This document shows positions 58,321 to 64,000 of a stretch of DNA of 64,000 bases, one piece after another. Below the pieces are notes generated by a model. That model was given only the letters and a program-made list of their open reading frames with translations. It searched no databases and was not told the origin of the DNA. The stretch is from assembly GCA_017442465.1 (NCBI GenBank), contig JAFRZQ010000175.1, positions 4,330 to 68,329 of the forward strand, in the 5' to 3' direction. The stretch comes from Anaerotignum sp. (GTDB lineage Bacteria > Bacillota > Clostridia > Lachnospirales > Anaerotignaceae). A program made the translations under genes and the position numbers. Each line of letters starts with the position of its first letter. The first letter of the stretch is position 1.

Positions 58321-59160
58321 TTAGTAAACGCTTCTGTCGAAAACATTATGCTGTTTCAGATCGTAGTTGGGTTTTGCTCTATCCAAGGATACCACCCTGT
58401 TTTCTTCGTCCCAGCCGACTTTATAGTTCAGTGCATTGCCGATCTGACGTAAGCCTACCATTAACGTTCCCTGGTACAAAAACGGCGGAACATCTGTAGG
58501 AATCGTCATACCATCATATTTCCACATGGTGTAGGAGCCAACTTCTATCACGATTGCACCATCGTTGATTTCAGCGATCATTTCTTCACTGTCCCAGCTC
58601 ACTGTATAACCCAACTGTTCCACTACAAAACGCAGAGGAACAAATACTCTGCCATCAATAAGCAATGGCTGTGTATCTCTGGGTGTATATTTTTCACCAT
58701 TAATCTTGATCGTGATAGGTTTCTTCTCATTTCTAACACGATGCTGATTCGCTGTAACAGTATTCACCAAAGGCTCATCGGACCACAATCTTGTTGTAGG
58801 TGTGGATGAAGAACCATATACAATATCAGAACCAAGGGGAGATGTACCGTTTTCGTAATATCCGTCAATAGTATAATCCCCATAGCTTTCTGTCTGGATC
58901 GTATCTGTGTAATTACCGTTATACAGCGTTTCCGTGGAGTAATCAGTATAGTCCGTAGAATAATCGTAGTAATTCCCGCTGGAATAACTGTCGTTATAGC
59001 TATTGGAAAAACTACTGCCACCGGAGTTGGCGAAATAATCCGCTTCACTGTCGAAATACTGTACCGAATACCCGTCATCGGCAAAAGCACATACTGGAGA
59101 AAATGCAAGAGAGCTTATCAACGCACCGAATAATGCGTAAAATCTAAATCCCTTTTTCAT
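58321..59160 (-). CDS. Secreted copper amine oxidase N-terminal (stalk) domain protein
   Basis: Signal peptide; Tyr/Ser-rich linker; GRVFVPLRFVVEQLGYTVSWD. Confidence 0.85.
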   Translation of the reverse strand: MKKGFRFYALFGALISSLAFSPVCAFADDGYSVQYFDSEADYFANSGGSSFSNSYNDSYSSGNYYDYSTDYTDYSTETLYNGNYTDTIQTESYGDYTIDGYYENGTSPLGSDIVYGSSSTPTTRLWSDEPLVNTVTANQHRVRNEKKPITIKINGEKYTPRDTQPLLIDGRVFVPLRFVVEQLGYTVSWDSEEMIAEINDGAIVIEVGSYTMWKYDGMTIPTDVPPFLYQGTLMVGLRQIGNALNYKVGWDEENRVVSLDRAKPNYDLKQHNVFDRSVY

Positions 59161-59167
59161 TTTTATT

Positions 59168-59449
59168 TCACCTTTTGCCTTCCCTGTTCTTTGTGAACAT
59201 CTCTGTAAAACGATCGGCGTATTCGCCGAAAATAGCAAAATCGCCTTTGGCTTTCCGAACCCAGTCCTGAAAAGCCAAAACATTTTCTTTTACCCATAAA
59301 ACGAAATAGAGGAATGTAAAAATGGCTGCCAAAATAACGAAAATGTTATTCTGCATCCAAAGCATAAGACCAACAGATATAGCCATCAACAACAGCAAAC
59401 AATATCTCGTTTTCCATTTGCCAAAAACAATGCGTTTATCTTTCTGCAT
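59168..59449 (-). CDS. Small two-TM protein
   Basis: AGGAGG RBS; hydrophobic hairpin. Confidence 0.65.
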   Translation of the reverse strand: MQKDKRIVFGKWKTRYCLLLLMAISVGLMLWMQNNIFVILAAIFTFLYFVLWVKENVLAFQDWVRKAKGDFAIFGEYADRFTEMFTKNREGKR

Positions 59450-59480
59450 CCATTCCCCCCTCCTTTCTGGATAAAAAAAG

Positions 59481-59507
59481 AACTTTGGTAAATCATTGAC
59501 CAAAGTT
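59481..59507. repeat. 27-bp palindrome family, copy 3 (followed by a T run on the minus strand)
   Basis: AACTTTGGTAAAT-c-ATTGACCAAAGTT. Confidence 0.75.
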
Positions 59508-59523
59508 TTGTACCTACAATTAT

Positions 59524-60960
59524 TTAATTGTTGCCAGTGAACACACCAATATAATCTGTATACCCAGAACCAGCATCGTGATAATCACCACTGTCCTGAT
59601 GGAAAGAGCTATTTACCTTGCCGGTATAAACAGACCCATTAGATCTGCCGCTGTCGGATCCAACCTGAATCGCAGTCACTGCGATCCTGCTATTAGGAAC
59701 CAAATGTTCACAGGTCACCAAAGTCAGACGGTTATCGCCATAATCTGTAAATACACCCCAATCCGTATCAGAGATAGCGCGCATATCAGTCACCTGATAT
59801 GTACGAGTCACGCCATTTACAGTGTACTGGATCTGATCGCCAATATCGACATTCACCAGATATTTGAAGTGTGTGTTATTATGCCCTGCGATACCGACAT
59901 TGCCGTCGAATACAGGAGTATTCTCAAAGTGTCCTGTCCCTTTAGACAGATCACTCAGCTCAACACTACCCATGACAGGCGCATTTTTCAGATTAATAGA
60001 CGGGATGCTGATCGTACCGATAGAACCGGAGGGCTGTCTTGTTGTGTGAGACCCTGTATAGGTTGCAGGTGTATTTCCCACCTGTCGCTGAGCTGTCGTA
60101 ACAATTTCAGCAAGGTTCGGATCTTCATCTAGGCTATCGGCATCTACATCAACCGGTGCCAGTTCCCCGTCCAGTGTTTGTCTGAATTCTTCCAGTTCGG
60201 GATCTAATTCTGCAGTTTTTTCGCCGTCTTTCTTTTCGTCTGTGGCTGTAACGATTGTATCATCGTTATCTGTAGGGACAAAACCACGCATCTGATACCC
60301 ATAAAACACTACAGCAAAAATCAGGAATACCGCTACTGCACATGTGCCGATGCGGAAACCAAAGTGATTTCTCCACCAGTAACGTAACTTCCCACCGAAA
60401 TCTTCAGGAATTTCTTCCATTGTTTCATCAGGATCGTACAGCTCAAGGTCTTCCTGCATTTTTTTCGCTTCGCGTTCGATCGCTTTTGCCTGGGCGTCAT
60501 TCTGCGCCTGTGCGAAACGATCTTTCATCCCGCCCATGACTAATGCGGCTCTGCCGCCTTTTTTCACATTTTCTCCGGGCTCCTCCAGATCGTCAAAGTC
60601 TTCAAATTCATCAAAACCTTCCAGTATGTCGGGTAAATCGTTCATATCAACAATATCTGCACTCTGATGTTCTGTTGTGTCAGCTGCTTCCGCAGAAACA
60701 AAATCAGCAGAGGCAGCAGGAGGTTCATTATTCTCTTCCCCAACAAGGATGCCTTCCGGCTCAGCTGTGATATCTGCAGGTTCAACTTTTGTATCACTGA
60801 TCCGCCCCTTTTTCAACTTGCCGAAATTAAAATCAAATGCGAAAAGGTCTAGTTTGATATTTTTTTTATTCAAGGCAGTTGAAATGATCAACAAAGAAAA
60901 AGCAGTCAGCATAATAAGTGCTAAAACAAGTGCGAATACGAGGATTGTAATTGGATTCAT
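59524..60960 (-). CDS. Class D-like sortase with long two-TM N-terminal extension
   Basis: ISIPSI, GNVGIAGHN, LTLVTC...R catalytic residues. Confidence 0.88.
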   Translation of the reverse strand: MNPITILVFALVLALIMLTAFSLLIISTALNKKNIKLDLFAFDFNFGKLKKGRISDTKVEPADITAEPEGILVGEENNEPPAASADFVSAEAADTTEHQSADIVDMNDLPDILEGFDEFEDFDDLEEPGENVKKGGRAALVMGGMKDRFAQAQNDAQAKAIEREAKKMQEDLELYDPDETMEEIPEDFGGKLRYWWRNHFGFRIGTCAVAVFLIFAVVFYGYQMRGFVPTDNDDTIVTATDEKKDGEKTAELDPELEEFRQTLDGELAPVDVDADSLDEDPNLAEIVTTAQRQVGNTPATYTGSHTTRQPSGSIGTISIPSINLKNAPVMGSVELSDLSKGTGHFENTPVFDGNVGIAGHNNTHFKYLVNVDIGDQIQYTVNGVTRTYQVTDMRAISDTDWGVFTDYGDNRLTLVTCEHLVPNSRIAVTAIQVGSDSGRSNGSVYTGKVNSSFHQDSGDYHDAGSGYTDYIGVFTGNN

Positions 60961-60972
60961 GTACACCCCTCC

Positions 60973-62331
60973 TTACTGCGTTGTTTCAGATTCAACGGAA
61001 TCTTCACCGTCGATCAGTTCAACAGGGATCTCTTCCTTATTGACCGTAGCAACGACTTCCTCCGGATCTTCATTCACTTTTTTCCAAACTTTTACGGCTA
61101 CATACATCAACGCACCTACAAACGCAAACAGTAACGCTACCAATGCACCGATCACTTTGCCCATCCAGCCGTTGCTATAGCCTGCAGAATACATACCCAT
61201 CATATCAGATGCACCGGATAAAGCAAGTTTGCTATTTTCCTTCTGATACATAGAATTGATGTAATTCTGATAGTAAATGCCGCTGGCATTTGCAACCATA
61301 GAGTTTGGTTTATAGGTCACAACGTAGATATTTGTGGGGGAATTTTTTGCAAGAATCTTGCCCACATATGTAGCTGTGCCCTTATAATCCTTATCTTCTG
61401 TATATTTCGTGCCATAATAAGACACAGTCGCTCTCCAAGAAGACGCGACTGTATTATAGGTTCCGTATGCATTATTACCATTTGTTCCGCTGATGCCTGT
61501 TCCGGGATCACCCATGTTCTGCCATGTAACTTTACCCTGATAGTATGTGACACCGTTGGACTTCAGTGTCTGGGGGATCTTATCCTGATCCTTGATCGTC
61601 ATATCATAGGTTTTTACAAAACTGGTACCGGAAGGGATCTTTTCGTCTTTGTTCAGCTCCGCCTTTACGGAGTTCGGGTCAAGGGTCAATACGCCTGTAC
61701 CGTCTGGCTCATCGTATTCGAGTTCATCGGCGAATTTCTTCGCTTCTTCCTCGGTTTTTGCGATCTGTTCTTTTACCAGTTTCTTTTCTTCAAAGTTCTG
61801 GGGGTTCACAATGCTATCGATCGCATACTGCACATGATTTGTCGTGATCGTCGCCGGCGCTATATCTTTGATATCTGCGTTATATGGGATCACATATTTT
61901 TTCTCTATCGTTTGGATACCGAAATCATCGATATATGTCTCGGTCTCTTCACTGATAGCATAAGCAGATCCAACAATGGTCTGCCTGTTCGTGTCGTTGT
62001 TCTGGCTGTTTTCCTGGGTACTTTCCTGAACTACTTCACTGGGAGTGTCTTTATCCGCAGTCGCTTTATCTGTAGATGAAGTTGCTCCCTTGGTTTCGCC
62101 GGCAGATGTGTCATCTTTTATATCCGCCGCATCATCAGATGCTTGATCGCTCGATTCCTGTGCATATTCTGCAGCATCGACCTGCTCGACTTCCACATCT
62201 TCTACCGTTTCCAGTTGTGCGGGGATGTTCTGATTCATCTCGTCCGGCGTGGACGCTTCTTTATGACAGCCTGATACTGTGATGGAAGCTAAAATACATA
62301 AAACTAACGCCCTAGATAGATTCTTCTTCAT
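60973..62331 (-). CDS. Lipoprotein with C-terminal TM
   Basis: Lipobox VSGC; beta-rich body; C-terminal hydrophobic helix. Confidence 0.75.
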   Translation of the reverse strand: MKKNLSRALVLCILASITVSGCHKEASTPDEMNQNIPAQLETVEDVEVEQVDAAEYAQESSDQASDDAADIKDDTSAGETKGATSSTDKATADKDTPSEVVQESTQENSQNNDTNRQTIVGSAYAISEETETYIDDFGIQTIEKKYVIPYNADIKDIAPATITTNHVQYAIDSIVNPQNFEEKKLVKEQIAKTEEEAKKFADELEYDEPDGTGVLTLDPNSVKAELNKDEKIPSGTSFVKTYDMTIKDQDKIPQTLKSNGVTYYQGKVTWQNMGDPGTGISGTNGNNAYGTYNTVASSWRATVSYYGTKYTEDKDYKGTATYVGKILAKNSPTNIYVVTYKPNSMVANASGIYYQNYINSMYQKENSKLALSGASDMMGMYSAGYSNGWMGKVIGALVALLFAFVGALMYVAVKVWKKVNEDPEEVVATVNKEEIPVELIDGEDSVESETTQ

Positions 62332-62991
62332 ACACCATCGTCATGGTTAAAAACCAATGACTTCCTCCTTTCCTTCAAAATTCCTTTTCGCAATTAAAAA
62401 AAGCAGTCTGAACAGAATTGGACGATTCGTTACAGATTGCTTTTATATGAGGTGTAAAACCTCATGTAAAACCATTGATAGGATATTGCTGCTCTTAAGA
62501 ACTGTAAGGAGTAAACAGTTCCAGGGGAAGGAACACAATATCATTATGGTACTAGCCGATCAGCGTGCTGTCCTGCACAGCTGATATATAACAACTTAGC
62601 AGCCTTTTTCTTTTCGTTGAAGTTTTGTCTGCCACAACTTGAACAAATTCTTAGAAAAAAGGTTTTTGGACAATGCTAGTCGCTGGCCTTATTGCTTTCT
62701 ATGACAAAGATGCAGCATTGGAATTGATGGTGTAAGAGATTCCTACGCTATCATCCGGATCATTTTCACCAATAAACGTATCCATAAAACAGTTCACGTT
62801 ACTATTTCGATATGGAAAAGGGGTACATATCTTGAACTGCCCAGATCGAACCTCTGAGCGCTTCATCATTTTTATGATTTTTTAATTTACTCAATACGGA
62901 AATATAGAGTAAAGTGGAGATATAGTGAATTGCGTTTACTACCAATGGCCTTACATAAGGTTTTACATCTTTCAAATATTCTTTTTCGGAC

Positions 62992-63520
62992 AAAAAAAGA
63001 CCCCATCACAAGAAATACAGCAGTAAAACATCTACTGTTATCCATCTGAGTTCCTTACATTTGTGGGTTCCAGCCACCGTTTGGACATACGGAGCAATTA
63101 CCTCCTTATTTTTCAATGCAAAAAGGACAGGGATATCTGCTCAGATAAATGATAACAATATACTGCGAAGCCAACACACGCATAGCCTCGGCCACATGGC
63201 GGAGGTGCTCCTATGTAGTCTGCATTTTGAAGCTGGATCTATGACCCAATCAAGTTAATGGCATGCTCCAATACAAATGTTTGCTAGTGCTTATTAGTGT
63301 TTAGTTGTTTCATTTTTTTACTTTTTAATTTCTTTTATTCTTTTCATTTGATTGTCGTGGCATACTTGGCCGTCGGGCCGGACATTCCCAACTTGAAACC
63401 AGATAAACACTTGATTTATCCGTTTCTGGCGCTTCATTAACACTAAAGGCTTTTTCTCTCTGATGAGTTATTCAGTTTCACTTTCCTTGGTTTCGGGAAA
63501 TTTATCGCCTGTATGTTTAC
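62992..63520 (-). ncRNA. Putative structured leader RNA
   Basis: GC-richer stem-forming blocks downstream of a sigma-A promoter, ending in a T7 run; no credible ORF. Confidence 0.35.
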
Positions 63521-63526
63521 AATGAA

Positions 63527-63555
63527 ATATTAACATTAATAATTTACATTTTCAA
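63527..63555 (-). promoter_or_regulatory. Sigma-A promoter facing the transfer region
   Basis: TTGAAA-17 bp-TAATAT on the minus strand. Confidence 0.55.
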
Positions 63556-63622
63556 CCTTTTTTCTTATGGAAACTTACATCAGGCCGTTCTTAACATAAA
63601 ATTTAGTCATTTTGTACATAAC

Positions 63623-63657
63623 AAAAAACAGCCGCCTTATATCAAGGCAGCTGCTTT
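63623..63657 (-). terminator. Intrinsic terminator after the TOPRIM gene
   Basis: CAGCCGCCTT...AAGGCAGCTG stem; A run on plus strand gives the minus-strand U tail. Confidence 0.7.
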
Positions 63658-63661
63658 CTAT

Positions 63662-64000
63662 TTAGATTTTGTTTATACTTTTCAGATGGGCAAGTGTAAA
63701 ATCATCAATACCCTTACCCATTTTAATGTCCCACTCAAGGACACTGCTCTGTAAACCGGCATCTTCTGCCATCCGTTGAACATTTTCAATCGCTTCCATT
63801 ACTCGTTCGTTATAGACCCTGTCCATATCAAATGCAACACATACTTCTTTCACTCCATTTTTCTTGAAATATTCAAAGGTTTTTGGCATATCACGCAGAC
63901 TTGTGATCCCTGTGACTGCAAGAAAACTTTTTTTACCGCCACACAAGAAGTAAGTCACATCTGCTTTCAACCCGCCTTCTGTCAGATACATGATATCACG
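63662..64000 (-). CDS. TOPRIM/primase-like protein (DUF3854-like), 5' end outside window
   Basis: LTEGGLKAD, VAFDMD, KGIDD. Confidence 0.8.
   Translation of the reverse strand, partial: RDIMYLTEGGLKADVTYFLCGGKKSFLAVTGITSLRDMPKTFEYFKKNGVKEVCVAFDMDRVYNERVMEAIENVQRMAEDAGLQSSVLEWDIKMGKGIDDFTLAHLKSINKI

Larger units (their letters stand above)
23544..64000 (-). mobile_element. Conjugative transfer region of a large plasmid or ICE (Gram-positive T4SS); boundaries not visible
   Basis: Co-oriented virD4, virB4, prgI, virB6-like, virB2-like, peptidoglycan hydrolase, adhesins, sortase and TOPRIM gene. Confidence 0.9.

Noticed and set aside
62357-62993. Short ORFs 62357-62584 (+) and 62802-62993 (-)
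   Set aside because: No convincing RBS or homology; possibly a decayed gene, but unsupported.
63000-63520. Known riboswitch (c-di-GMP, c-di-AMP, SAM, T-box, cobalamin)
   Set aside because: Could not find the consensus motifs by eye; kept only as an unassigned structured RNA.

Overview
AT-rich Clostridia-type (Firmicutes) DNA in three blocks; no rRNA, tRNA, CRISPR array, integrase or intact transposase seen. (1) 1-14.2 kb, accessory/stress and catabolic genes: tandem WYL pair followed by rtcB, XRE and MerR regulators, a DUF917-hydantoinase-NCS1 permease-PucR cluster, ssb, bcp, yaaA. (2) 14.4-23.5 kb, minus-strand cargo: UDG-like protein, DEDDh exonuclease, orphan HsdR-N nuclease, a toxin-like tip domain and many small acidic immunity-like ORFs; two of its promoters share a palindromic operator. 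(3) 23.5-64 kb, a co-oriented minus-strand conjugation region of a large plasmid or ICE: VirD4, VirB4, PrgI/VirB3, VirB6-like, VirB2-like, lysozyme/NlpC hydrolase, two thioester adhesins, a sortase, SLH proteins, a Fic/VbhA pair and a partial TOPRIM protein. Most unusual: a 2426-aa adhesin ending in LPKTGW with no membrane anchor; a PPEP-like SLH protease next to a Pro-Pro-bearing adhesin; a 1.2-kb structured leader ahead of a terminator-rich transfer region; a candidate oriT (two hairpins plus four phased palindromes) beside a non-canonical relaxase candidate; a 27-bp palindrome present three times; and WYL-WYL-rtcB linkage. Family calls are by motif recognition only; no searches were run.
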